Positions 19,409-29,346 of a stretch of 64,000 nucleotides of DNA are shown in pieces. The DNA is taken from contig JANZKA010000003.1 of NCBI GenBank assembly GCA_025060975.1, positions 1,101 through 65,100 on the forward strand, given 5' to 3'. A program made the position numbers and the translations under genes. The notes beneath the pieces were generated by a model. That model had not been told where the DNA came from and made no database searches. It was given only the letters and a program-made list of their open reading frames with translations. This stretch comes from Candidatus Culexarchaeum nevadense. Its GTDB lineage: Archaea; Thermoproteota; Methanomethylicia; Culexarchaeales; Culexarchaeaceae. The stretch's first letter is position 1. Each line of letters opens with the position of its first letter.

Positions 19409-21574
19409 TCAGAATATCCTAAATATTATGAGGATTATTAGCAATATTATACCTAAAACCATTCCCATAATGTTAAATGATGAAACGCCAGTTTGAATTC
19501 TCCTAAAAGCTTGGGAAAACGATGCAAAGGCATATGCAATCGTATAGTTTAATCCATCCAAAACAGGTTTCTCAAAGTATCTATAGACTACACCACTAAG
19601 CTTTACAATGGAGTTAGCAAGAATGTAATTGAATGCATCAATAACAGCCTTCTCAAAATTCCTAAATAGAATCAAACTTCCATTTATCAGAGAATAGACG
19701 AATAGACGATAATACGTTGGATTAATATACCATCTATTGTAGAGGAAATTGTATAACCCCTTCAAACCATGTTTCTCCACAAACTCTGCAGGATCCACTT
19801 TTCTAGATATGTAAAGGTAATATGCAGGTAAACCTCCAATCACCAACATACAAGCAGTAATGGTTGTTGTAATCAATTGCATGGGAATACCACTATGAGA
19901 TTCCACTGCACCATAAACCATAATCGAAAACTTGACTTCATGATGTAATATGTGCATTGATGGTTCAAGGAATTCATGCATGAAATGCTCAAATAATGGA
20001 CCTACAAAGCCTAATACAATCGTGGCAGCAGCCAATATAGTGTATGGAACCCACATAACCTTTGAAACTTCATGTACATGATGACCTTCATGCTCAAGCT
20101 CCTCCAAATGCTCACTTTTAGATCCAAGGAAAGTTATTGCAATCATACGTAGACTATAGAAGAATGTTATTGCAGCCGTAACTGCTGCTAAAGCCAACAA
20201 AAAGTATTGCCCAGAAATCATGCATGCTGTGAAAACAACCTCTTTACTCCAGAAACCACTTAATGGAGGTATACCTGAAAGAGATAATGCACCTACAAGC
20301 ATCGTAGCGAAGGTTATTGGCATATCCCTCCTAATACCACCCATATCAAACATATTGGTACTCTCACATGCATGTATAACTGCTCCAGCAGCCATAAATA
20401 GGAGAGCTTTAAATATTGCATGACTAGCTAGATGGAATATACCTGCCACAAATCCAGTGGATGGATCCATAGCTAATCCACCAGCACCTAAACCAAGCAT
20501 CATATAACCAATCTGCGAAATAGTTGAGTAAGCTAAAACCTTCTTCAACTCCCTACTAACCGTAGCTTGAGTAGCAGCTAAAAAGGCTGTAAATGCACCA
20601 ATCCAAGCCACAGTTAAGAAGAAGTTTTGGCGAGCTTGAAGGATTAAGCCTTCAATTGCGAGTCCATGAACATGCTCCACCGCAACTTCAAAACCATAGT
20701 ATATTGTTGGGAATAAGCGGGCTACAAGATATACTCCAGCCTTAACCATTGTTGCAGCATGTATTAAAGCTGAAACTGATGTTGGACCAGCCATAGCTTC
20801 TGGAAGCCATTCATGAAGTGGGAATTGTGCAGATTTACCAATAGGACCCCCAAACAATAATATTGTAACCGGAACTATTAAGCCAAGCTTGGCAAGCTCA
20901 ATTATCCACTCATGATTTACCTGAAGATCAAGGAAATTGAAAGTTCCAGATATGGAGAATATTATGAATGAAGCTATCATTAGACATATATCACCAATCT
21001 TTGTGGTTATAAATGCCTTCATACCAGCATGTGATGGTGGAATATCACCAATCCAACGCTTCCTCTCATCACTATAGTAGAATCCTATAAGCTGATAACT
21101 GCATAATCCAACACCTTCCCATCCAAATAACATTTGTAAAATGTTATCTGACATAACTAGTAGGAGCATGTTTCCAATAAAGAAGTTCATGAAGAACCAG
21201 TATCTAGTTAACCCCTCTTCACCATGCATATAACCCAAACTATAAACCATAATTAGAAATGATATCCAGGCCACGATGAGCCCCATAAAAGTACTCAGGG
21301 GATCTATAAGCACCCCCACATCAAGGTAGAAGCCCGGAACAACAAACCATTTAACACGCCAATCAACTGGGGGATGAACATAACCTACTCCGGGAACATA
21401 AACTTTACCAGACAATACATATGAAAAATTGAGTGTAGCCATTAAAGCCGCTAGAAGTGAACATAAAACTGCAAAGTAATCCCTAACTTTTTCACCTAAA
21501 CGAGCTATTAAAGGTGTAAGTATCGCACCAACAATTGGTATTATCCAAACAAGCCAAGGGGAATAGTACAACAT
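19409..21574 (-). CDS. complex-I-type large antiporter subunit, NuoL-like (with long C-terminal extension)
   Basis: 721 aa, NuoL/MrpA-like TM core plus a C-terminal amphipathic/TM extension. Confidence 0.85.
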   Translation of the reverse strand: MLYYSPWLVWIIPIVGAILTPLIARLGEKVRDYFAVLCSLLAALMATLNFSYVLSGKVYVPGVGYVHPPVDWRVKWFVVPGFYLDVGVLIDPLSTFMGLIVAWISFLIMVYSLGYMHGEEGLTRYWFFMNFFIGNMLLLVMSDNILQMLFGWEGVGLCSYQLIGFYYSDERKRWIGDIPPSHAGMKAFITTKIGDICLMIASFIIFSISGTFNFLDLQVNHEWIIELAKLGLIVPVTILLFGGPIGKSAQFPLHEWLPEAMAGPTSVSALIHAATMVKAGVYLVARLFPTIYYGFEVAVEHVHGLAIEGLILQARQNFFLTVAWIGAFTAFLAATQATVSRELKKVLAYSTISQIGYMMLGLGAGGLAMDPSTGFVAGIFHLASHAIFKALLFMAAGAVIHACESTNMFDMGGIRRDMPITFATMLVGALSLSGIPPLSGFWSKEVVFTACMISGQYFLLALAAVTAAITFFYSLRMIAITFLGSKSEHLEELEHEGHHVHEVSKVMWVPYTILAAATIVLGFVGPLFEHFMHEFLEPSMHILHHEVKFSIMVYGAVESHSGIPMQLITTTITACMLVIGGLPAYYLYISRKVDPAEFVEKHGLKGLYNFLYNRWYINPTYYRLFVYSLINGSLILFRNFEKAVIDAFNYILANSIVKLSGVVYRYFEKPVLDGLNYTIAYAFASFSQAFRRIQTGVSSFNIMGMVLGIILLIILIIFRIF

Positions 21575-21684
21575 AACCCCTCACCAAACAAGCATCAATT
21601 AAACTAACAAAATTAGTTACTTATGAACATTATAAAAAGATAACGGTTAAAAATTGAGGAGGAAATTCATTTAAGTGAAGACTT

Positions 21685-22206
21685 ATGATCGAAGAAGACT
21701 TATATGTAGAGCCAACGGAAAAGGTTTTAAATGCCATTAAAACTGCCATGGAAACCATTGGGAGAGAGAATTTCATTATCAGAGTAAAAGTTGAAAGCAC
21801 TAAAATTGATGATTGGATGAAACGTGCAGAGTATGTACCGATAAGAGTGATATATGAGGCATGCAAGATAAACATGGAAAACAATAAACCATACAATTCA
21901 ATTCAAAAAGTTGTGGAAGGCGCAAAGATCATAATTAAAAGTAAAGGGGGAATGAGAGAAGAAGCGAGAATTGAAAGGAAAGCAACAATTGAGGAGATGA
22001 GGAGAGAGAGGATCGTGTTCAGATACATGATGACTAAAAGCATAATACTACTACTAACAATGATACCATTAATCGTTCTAGGTTACTTCCTTGGAAGAAT
22101 GATAAGTGAATTCTATGCTGGAATAGGGATGACAATAGGAGTTTTCATATGGCTAATAATTATAACAGTATATCTACTGACAAAAAAGGATAAGTATAAG
22201 ATGTAA
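21685..22206 (+). CDS. hypothetical protein with two C-terminal TM helices
   Basis: ORF only. Confidence 0.3.
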   Translation: MIEEDLYVEPTEKVLNAIKTAMETIGRENFIIRVKVESTKIDDWMKRAEYVPIRVIYEACKINMENNKPYNSIQKVVEGAKIIIKSKGGMREEARIERKATIEEMRRERIVFRYMMTKSIILLLTMIPLIVLGYFLGRMISEFYAGIGMTIGVFIWLIIITVYLLTKKDKYKM

Positions 22207-22246
22207 ATAAAAGAGTTCAAAAGAGTTCTGTAAAGGTTGATGAGAA

Positions 22247-23296
22247 TTGCTTGGAATATTGAGGTATGGATTTATAAACACTAAGATTAGGGGGATGAAA
22301 AGGGAGTTCATAGCATATGAGCAATACCTTAAACTTGCAGAATTAAGCTATGATGAGTTAATAGATGAATTGAAAAGAACACCATATGGACATGCGTTTA
22401 GGGGGATGTATAAAACTCCAACACCAATTGAATTGGAAAAAATACTTTTAGAAGAATTGACGAAAAGCTATATTAAAGTATTGAAGTGGCTTCCAACAGA
22501 AGCCATGAAGGTTATAGCACTACATATGATGAAATATGAAGCTGAAAACATAAAAGCACTGCTAAGATTAAAAACACTCAATGCTGAAGTAGAAAGATTA
22601 AAGCAACATATAACACCAATACCTCTAGGGTTAAGTGTAGAGGAATACGTAAAGGTTTATGAAGAATCAAAGGATATAGAGGAAGTTATAGGAAAATTGA
22701 TGGAATTAGGATTACCAATACCATTAAATGAAGCTATAGAAGGTGGAGTGAAGGATATAAAGATAATTGAAGCAAGAATAGAAAGAATGACGTATAGGGA
22801 ATTGATGAATGAAGCTAAGAAGCTCGATGGGAAAAGCTTGAAAAGCATCAGGGAACTGTTAGGATTAGAAATAGATTTAACAAACGTAAAGAACGTTTTA
22901 AGAGCAAAGAAGATTGGAATAGATTGGAGCGAACTAGAAGAATACGTAATAACACCAACATATAAAGTTAAGTTAAAGAAGCTTAAGAGTGCATTTGAAA
23001 AGGGAAATTATAATGAAGCATTAAGGGAAGCATTAAGTAAGGATTACCCAAACCTACTGAATAGAGGATTAGAAGCATTGGCGAAGGGTGAATTAGACGC
23101 TCTGGAAAAATTGTTCAGCAAAGAGATATACAAGAATTATAAGAGGGTTTGGGTGTCTGGATTCAGATACGACATATCACCAGTACTAGCATACTTAACA
23201 CGGAAAATGATTGAAATGAAGAATCTAAAGGTCATAGCATATGGGAAGAGCTTTGAACTGCCAAAAGAAAAGATAATGGAGGAAATTATAATTTAA
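22247..23296 (+). CDS. atpC: A-type (A1A0) ATP synthase subunit C (V-ATPase d homologue)
   Basis: The N-terminal YGFINTKIRGMK...L...TPYG pattern corresponds to the conserved Y-x-N-A-R-V-R-x-M-K start of the subunit C/d family. 349 aa. Confidence 0.6.
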   Translation: MLGILRYGFINTKIRGMKREFIAYEQYLKLAELSYDELIDELKRTPYGHAFRGMYKTPTPIELEKILLEELTKSYIKVLKWLPTEAMKVIALHMMKYEAENIKALLRLKTLNAEVERLKQHITPIPLGLSVEEYVKVYEESKDIEEVIGKLMELGLPIPLNEAIEGGVKDIKIIEARIERMTYRELMNEAKKLDGKSLKSIRELLGLEIDLTNVKNVLRAKKIGIDWSELEEYVITPTYKVKLKKLKSAFEKGNYNEALREALSKDYPNLLNRGLEALAKGELDALEKLFSKEIYKNYKRVWVSGFRYDISPVLAYLTRKMIEMKNLKVIAYGKSFELPKEKIMEEIII

Positions 23297-23317
23297 AATT
23301 GTTGTCATGTTAACAGC

Positions 23318-23980
23318 TCAATCGAAGAATCTCCTAATAGCGTTCTTACCCCTCTGAATAGAGTTCTCAATTCTCTCCCTAATCATGCCTTTAGAACCAT
23401 CTATTCTAATCTTATAATTGCCCAAATTAGACTTCCAACGTATAAAAGCATTCTTAAATCCCTTAAATCTAAGGGTCAACCTCCCATAAACGCCAGTATA
23501 CCAAAATCTGAGTTCAATCATTGAAAGAGGGTAGGATTTAGAGTAAAGTATTGGTGGTGTGGAAAACTCGTCTGCAAGGAAAGCCTTAAAACGGGCTAGT
23601 GAATTTACAATGCCACCTAAAGCTCTGGTTAAATAATACTTTACCATTAGAATTTTTGAGGGCTTAACTTTCAGAATGTAGCTTGGTTTATCAATCATAC
23701 CATATATTTTTGTCAAACTCTCCTCGGGTCTGAAGCCAGGTCTATGTATACGCTTAATATTGTCATGAATAGCATTTTCAACCTTGTCGTGAAGTCCAGA
23801 CTTAACCTCCTCAATCCTACTATGAAGTTCAGCCCTAACGTAGGCAAACCGCTTAATACCGATTTTAGCCTTTAAAATAGATTGCCTATACCTTCTCTTA
23901 GTGGATTTAGCTTTTCTCTCCAGCTCTTCAATTTCAGTTTTAAAGCATTCTATTGAAGACATGGATGCCGCCATATACAC
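23318..23980 (-). CDS. hypothetical protein, possibly A-ATPase peripheral-stalk subunit (E-like)
   Basis: N-terminal coiled coil and C-terminal globular part. Immediately downstream of atpK on the same strand. No motif-level support. Confidence 0.25.
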   Translation of the reverse strand: MYMAASMSSIECFKTEIEELERKAKSTKRRYRQSILKAKIGIKRFAYVRAELHSRIEEVKSGLHDKVENAIHDNIKRIHRPGFRPEESLTKIYGMIDKPSYILKVKPSKILMVKYYLTRALGGIVNSLARFKAFLADEFSTPPILYSKSYPLSMIELRFWYTGVYGRLTLRFKGFKNAFIRWKSNLGNYKIRIDGSKGMIRERIENSIQRGKNAIRRFFD

Positions 23981-24430
23981 TTATATTGTACCTATCAGCA
24001 TAATGGATATTAGCAGTCCATAGATTGCTAAAGCCTCAGCTAGAACTACTGCTAATAGTGTTCTCGTAACAATTTCAGGTTTTTCAACTCCAGCTCCAGC
24101 CATAGCTGAGCCTGTATAGGCTATGGCTATTGAAGCCATTAAACCACATACAGCCATTATAGCACCCGCCGTTAAACTTTTCATGGCAGCTTCATAGGAT
24201 GTCACAATTATGGATAGTTTTCCTATTAGCATTATTGATGTTAATAGCCCATAGATTCCTATAGCCTCAGCCAATACCACTGCAAGAAGCAATCTCGTAA
24301 CTATCTCCGGGCGTTCAGTTCCAGCTCCAGCCATTGATATTCCTGCAGTTATAATTCCATAGGCTGCTCCAGCTATGGGCACACAACTTGATAGCAAAAC
24401 GCCTAATAGGCCTGTGATTACCTGGTCCAT
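23981..24430 (-). CDS. atpK: A-type ATP synthase proteolipid subunit K (c subunit, duplicated hairpin)
   Basis: Two tandem hairpins, each ending in ERPEIVTR..L.AVVLAEA.(A/G)IYGL with the conserved carboxylate. 149 aa. Confidence 0.8.
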   Translation of the reverse strand: MDQVITGLLGVLLSSCVPIAGAAYGIITAGISMAGAGTERPEIVTRLLLAVVLAEAIGIYGLLTSIMLIGKLSIIVTSYEAAMKSLTAGAIMAVCGLMASIAIAYTGSAMAGAGVEKPEIVTRTLLAVVLAEALAIYGLLISIMLIGTI

Positions 24431-24496
24431 ACGCCATATACCCCCAGCATTGAAGCTATACTATCATGATATAAACAACTTATAAATCTTATGAGG

Positions 24497-26140
24497 TTAA
24501 TGAATCCCTAGAGGTTTATATTCTCTTCCTCCACCACGGAAATATTTGAATCCAAATTCAACCCACGTTAACCTTAAGACGTGTGTGAAGGATACTAGTC
24601 CCTCTAAAGCCATTACAAGGAATATTGTTCCTATGGCTAGTACAATGTATCCAAGCATGCCTAAAGCTGGAGCTGCTGAAGAGAGGAGGTGACTTAACAT
24701 TCCATGTGAAAGGGATAATGCAAGTACACGTCCATAGGAAACTGTGTGGGAGAGGGAGCTTATTGCAGCTTCAAATGCATGGGCGAATCCATCTATTGGA
24801 CCTTCAGTTATCATCATTCCCACGAGCATTAAGACTATTGGTAGAATTACTAATGGTACTGTTAATGTTAATCCAGACATCCACTTTCCAATATCAAACT
24901 TGTATACGAATAGTCCAAGGTACATTGCTCCAAGATAGAACCACAACCAACATGCTGATCCAAAGAATGCCTTCCTATATTCACCTTCAAGTATATCGTT
25001 TATTATGCTTAATATTAAGCCAATACTTATATGAATAATTCCAACCATTAATGAGAGTTTAAACATCTTCATAGGCTCCTTGAGTGGGCTGAAGACGTGA
25101 CCTATACCTGGAATATGCTCAAATATGAACCCTAAGGGTGGTTCATGTATGTGGAATCCAAATATTTCACCAAACATTAACCCCCCAATGATCGCCATAA
25201 TTCCACATAGTATGTATAATTCAGCTCCAGACATCAGTAAACCTATCATCTCACTGCTACTCTTAAACCCTCTACGCTTATATATGTAGAGTAGTACTCC
25301 AAATAATGCTAGTAGTAGGCCGTGACCAACATCTGCAAAAGCTAATCCGAATAATATTGGGAAAGTTATGCTCACTATGAGTGTTGGATTAACTTCATGT
25401 GTTGATGGAATATCGTAAGTTTTTATCAGAGATTCAAAAGGTTTCAGGAATTTTGGAGATCTAGAGAGGAATGGTGGATGATCATGTTTGGATGGTGGTG
25501 AAACTAATACCATTGACGAGTTTTCCGTAACCTTTTGAACTGTTTCAACTATATCATCAACCTTATCTGGAGGAACCCATCCAACCATATATGAGAAGAA
25601 GTTTGAATGAAAGACATTTCCATCCCTATCCAACAAGACTCTGAGTATATTGATAGCTTCCGCTATGAGGGATTCATAGTTCGGGAAGAATTCACTAATT
25701 TTACTCTTAAATTCCGCAAACCCCCCTTCACCACTTTCAAGTATCTGTGAAAACTCTTTGACTATGGATTCAAGACGTGATACATTGTCTTCAATGAATT
25801 TTAAATGAGACCTGTTTAGAAGCTCCTCATTAAATGTAAAGCTAGCTACATTGATTTTAAGTGTGTCAGCCAAATTCAAGTATCTCTTCAGTAACCCATT
25901 GAATTTAACTGTTTCAGGATGCTCTTTAACCAAAGATTTCACATCAACATTTTCATCAACAGAATACTCCTCCCTAATTAATTCAACGAACTCCTCATCA
26001 TGCCACCATTCATCTAGATGTAAAACCTTCAATTTTATAAGTGCCAACTTAACATCATAATAGCAGCTTTTTGGAACCACTATCCTAACTTTAGCCATCT
26101 CCACAGGTTTAAACATACTTGACATGCACAGCCACTCCAT
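24497..26140 (-). CDS. atpI: A-type ATP synthase subunit I (V-ATPase a homologue)
   Basis: N-terminal soluble domain followed by TM helices. The C-terminal VSYGRVLALSLSHGMLS matches the conserved SY-LR-WALSLAH arginine motif of a/I subunits. Confidence 0.75.
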   Translation of the reverse strand: MEWLCMSSMFKPVEMAKVRIVVPKSCYYDVKLALIKLKVLHLDEWWHDEEFVELIREEYSVDENVDVKSLVKEHPETVKFNGLLKRYLNLADTLKINVASFTFNEELLNRSHLKFIEDNVSRLESIVKEFSQILESGEGGFAEFKSKISEFFPNYESLIAEAINILRVLLDRDGNVFHSNFFSYMVGWVPPDKVDDIVETVQKVTENSSMVLVSPPSKHDHPPFLSRSPKFLKPFESLIKTYDIPSTHEVNPTLIVSITFPILFGLAFADVGHGLLLALFGVLLYIYKRRGFKSSSEMIGLLMSGAELYILCGIMAIIGGLMFGEIFGFHIHEPPLGFIFEHIPGIGHVFSPLKEPMKMFKLSLMVGIIHISIGLILSIINDILEGEYRKAFFGSACWLWFYLGAMYLGLFVYKFDIGKWMSGLTLTVPLVILPIVLMLVGMMITEGPIDGFAHAFEAAISSLSHTVSYGRVLALSLSHGMLSHLLSSAAPALGMLGYIVLAIGTIFLVMALEGLVSFTHVLRLTWVEFGFKYFRGGGREYKPLGIH

Positions 26141-26198
26141 CCACCTTGAGAAAACCCAGAAAAATATGTTTATAAAAATATTATTAACTTTTCGAAAA

Positions 26199-27707
26199 TC
26201 AGAACCTTAACACACTTGTAATATACACTAACCTTTGGAAAGTAAAGTGAGCCGCCAACTCAGCAACATAAGATAATGGTTGAGGCCATACACCGAAAAT
26301 TATGCACAGCAATGATAGGATTACAAGTGATGATGTGATTAATGGTGGAGATTCATGGGCTTTCATAACGGCTTCAATTGGCTTCCTAAACAATACTTGT
26401 ATTACACGAACATAATACACGACTCCAACCGCGCTATTCAATAACCCTATAAATGTTAATAGATATGCTTGAGCATCTATCGCCGCAGCAAATATCAAGT
26501 ATTTACTTATAAAACCATTCAAGAAGGGCATTCCAGCTAGGGATAAGAGGGCTATTGCAAAGGATACACCAGTAACTGGCATCCTCCTACCAATACCAGT
26601 AAGCTCATCAATATTCCTAGTTCCAAGCACATGTATTATTGATCCAGCACAAAGGAATGCCAATCCCTTCATCAATGCATGATTGAAGAAGTGAACTATA
26701 CCTGCTAAGAGGCCAAACTCAGTTCCAAGTGATAACGCCAATACCAGGTAGCCTATCTGCGCTATACTGGAATAAGCCAATAAACGCTTAATATCCTTTT
26801 GAACTAAGGCGAGGATATTCCCAACAGTCATAGTCAAAACTGAGAGAAGAGCAAGCATGGGTCTAAAATCCACAGTGGGTATTGCTATTAGAGTATATGA
26901 TGCTCTTATAATGGCGTAAACCCCAGTCTTTATAACCACACCTGAAAGCATAGCACTTATGGGGCTTGGAGCAGCTGGATGAGCATCTGGAAGCCATGAA
27001 TGAAATGGAACTATTGCCGCTTTAACCCCAAATCCAACTAAAAGCAATATGAAAATGGCGTACAATAGTATCGATGGGCTAGCACCAGTTAACGATGATG
27101 CTATACGTGCAAAACTTAGGGAGCCAGTTAAACCATAGAGGAGGGACATGGAGAACAATACTAGCGCTGAACCAGCAGCACTCATTAGCAAATATTTGAA
27201 ACCAGCCTCCACAGGCTCCCATAAATGCTTCCTAAATCCAACAAGACAATAGGAGGATATGCTCATCAACTCCCAGAATACGTATAGTGTTAGGAAATCT
27301 CCTGCAAGCGTCACACCAACCATACCACAAACCATTAATAAGAGTAGTGAATAGTATGAGGGGAGACCAGTATCATGAGACATATAATCTATGGAATGCA
27401 ATGTAGATATCAATCCTAGAAATATGAATCCAATGGAAAATGTAAAGCTAAGCCAATCCAAAACAATGAATCCAGCAACATACTCGCCAATACTGGGATA
27501 CAATGAGACTACTATAACTGGATTTTTGTTCAATAAGTTCATAAGCCTAAAGCAAGCCATAAAGGATATTATGAAGCCAAATAACGCCCATGCACTAACT
27601 AGATTTCTAACTCTACCCCTCTCACATATAAAACCTATTATAGGTGTGAGGATACCAAATAATGCTAATATTATCATTGGGGATAGAATCTCCATCAATT
27701 CTACCAC
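26199..27707 (-). CDS. complex-I-type antiporter-like subunit (NuoM-like)
   Basis: 502 aa, 14 TM helices. Overlaps the nuoK-like stop by 7 nt, suggesting translational coupling. Confidence 0.8.
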   Translation of the reverse strand: MVELMEILSPMIILALFGILTPIIGFICERGRVRNLVSAWALFGFIISFMACFRLMNLLNKNPVIVVSLYPSIGEYVAGFIVLDWLSFTFSIGFIFLGLISTLHSIDYMSHDTGLPSYYSLLLLMVCGMVGVTLAGDFLTLYVFWELMSISSYCLVGFRKHLWEPVEAGFKYLLMSAAGSALVLFSMSLLYGLTGSLSFARIASSLTGASPSILLYAIFILLLVGFGVKAAIVPFHSWLPDAHPAAPSPISAMLSGVVIKTGVYAIIRASYTLIAIPTVDFRPMLALLSVLTMTVGNILALVQKDIKRLLAYSSIAQIGYLVLALSLGTEFGLLAGIVHFFNHALMKGLAFLCAGSIIHVLGTRNIDELTGIGRRMPVTGVSFAIALLSLAGMPFLNGFISKYLIFAAAIDAQAYLLTFIGLLNSAVGVVYYVRVIQVLFRKPIEAVMKAHESPPLITSSLVILSLLCIIFGVWPQPLSYVAELAAHFTFQRLVYITSVLRF

Positions 27708-28018
27708 CTCAACCTCCTAAGCTCCCTAATATCAAGAGTCTTATAATGCCTATAAGCATTAATTACGAATGCAAGTGCAATACCAATTAAACATGCTTCA
27801 ACAGATATGGCTATTATGGCAGTAACATGAAGTATTGGGTCTACAAAGCCATACATCCTAAAATACGCGAAGTTAACCAAGCTGAGTATTGCTGAACTGA
27901 ACATTATCTCGAGAGCCATAACCATTTTGATCATATTCCTCTTAACCATTAAACCATATATGCCCACGGCCAATAATACTCCAGAAGTTGCTATGAAAGT
28001 GTATGGTTCAATGGGCAC
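27701..28018 (-). CDS. NuoK-like (MrpC/MbhG-like) small membrane subunit
   Basis: 105 aa, 3 TM helices with a conserved Glu in TM2. Overlaps the upstream gene by 11 nt. Confidence 0.7.
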   Translation of the reverse strand: MPIEPYTFIATSGVLLAVGIYGLMVKRNMIKMVMALEIMFSSAILSLVNFAYFRMYGFVDPILHVTAIIAISVEACLIGIALAFVINAYRHYKTLDIRELRRLRW

Positions 28019-28295
28019 TATGCCTCACCTCTTCACGTAAAAGTGCAATAACACCCATAGCAGAAGCAAACAATACGATTGCCTGTATCAAAACATCTAT
28101 TCCACAATACCCCCACAACAAGTCACTAATATTCATTGCAAGATTATAAAATGACTCATCCGGTTTAACCAGTATCCTCGGAGCTTCATCATAAGCAAAT
28201 AAACCAACACCTGAAAAACCATAAACAAGTAATTGAGCTAAAAGGAAGGCTAATAGCAATCCCAAAAACAATCCAAAAATGTCAATAGCCTTCAA
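28008..28295 (-). CDS. NuoJ-like C-terminal half (MbhE-like small membrane subunit)
   Basis: TTG start at 28295 immediately after the TAA of the preceding ORF in the same frame. Hydrophobic NuoJ C-terminal-type sequence. Confidence 0.5.
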   Translation of the reverse strand: MKAIDIFGLFLGLLLAFLLAQLLVYGFSGVGLFAYDEAPRILVKPDESFYNLAMNISDLLWGYCGIDVLIQAIVLFASAMGVIALLREEVRHSAH

Positions 28296-28556
28296 TTAAT
28301 CCACCTCCACCTTTCCAGTCAACATTAAAGCTATTATGAATAAAACTGTGACTGCACCAGCTAAAACAGCCAACTGAAAAACCCCGACTAGAGGTGCTGA
28401 TAGATAAAAGAAGGCTAATGCTAAAACCACACTAAAAAGACATAGAGCCATAATGGAATGCATAATCCTCTTAAATTCCAAAGTTAAAACAGCCAAAACA
28501 ACAGCTGAAACCCCCAAAACTACACTGAGAATATCAACACTCAAACCCATCACCAA
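28296..28556 (-). CDS. NuoJ-like N-terminal half (MbhD-like small membrane subunit)
   Basis: 86 aa, 3 TM helices. Ends in a TAA followed directly by the in-frame TTG of the next gene. Confidence 0.5.
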   Translation of the reverse strand: MVMGLSVDILSVVLGVSAVVLAVLTLEFKRIMHSIMALCLFSVVLALAFFYLSAPLVGVFQLAVLAGAVTVLFIIALMLTGKVEVD

Positions 28557-28668
28557 CCATAACGGCGCAAAACTGTTATGTGTAATTATTGTATGTTGAT
28601 TAAGCTTTAAAGTTTTCTAAAGGTAAAATGTTATAACCATGTGGAGACTTATGTTCTAGTGGATAAAA

Positions 28669-29343
28669 TTGTTTGAATGGTTAACGGATGTAATGATGAA
28701 AATAGCGTTAAACTATGGGTATATAGGAGCTCTAGTAGTATCAATACTTGGAAATTTCCTACCATTTATCCCCATACCATACTTAATCGCAATATACTAT
28801 ATGGCTTCATACATGCCAGTAGACCCCATAATTCTTGGGATAGCTGCTGGAATTGGGGGGGCAATAGGTAAAAGCGTAATATACCTACTGGGATTCGAGG
28901 GGGGTAAAATCATAATAACTGAAGGGAAAAGGAGGCAAATTGAGAAGTTTAAGGAGATGCTTGGAAAATACGGGGCAATAGCAGTATTCTTCGTGACAGT
29001 TACACCATCACCAGACGATATAGTGATAATACCACTTGGATTAGTGAGGTATAGCTTCATAAAATTCTTCATAGCAACAGCACTTGGAAAAATATTGCTA
29101 AGTATAGCAGTAGCATCATTCGGAAGATACTTCACAGAACAGCTAAACATAGTCTTTGGGGAGGGGAGTATATATGGGATATTAATATCAGTAATTGTCC
29201 TATTGATAATGACCTGGATTATAGTGAAAATAAATTGGATAAAGGTTGCAGAAATAATGGATACTAGTGGATTGAGAGGGTTAATTGGAATTATAGTTAA
29301 GGGGAGATGGAGGGAGCTATTATCAAGTAATGAGAATGGATGA
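28669..29343 (+). CDS. DedA / SNARE-associated (TVP38) family membrane protein
   Basis: Typical DedA re-entrant loop motifs (G.LPFIPIPYL, VTPSPDDIVIIPLG). 224 aa. Opposite strand to the surrounding membrane-complex genes. Confidence 0.6.
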   Translation: MFEWLTDVMMKIALNYGYIGALVVSILGNFLPFIPIPYLIAIYYMASYMPVDPIILGIAAGIGGAIGKSVIYLLGFEGGKIIITEGKRRQIEKFKEMLGKYGAIAVFFVTVTPSPDDIVIIPLGLVRYSFIKFFIATALGKILLSIAVASFGRYFTEQLNIVFGEGSIYGILISVIVLLIMTWIIVKINWIKVAEIMDTSGLRGLIGIIVKGRWRELLSSNENG

Positions 29344-29346
29344 TTG

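Noticed and set aside
28008-28556. NuoJ as a frameshifted or nonsense pseudogene.
   Set aside because: Both halves are intact and hydrophobic, and the second has its own TTG start abutting the stop. A split NuoJ (MbhD/MbhE-like) is normal in hydrogenase-type complexes. I keep it as two genes and note the in-frame junction as a low-interest finding.
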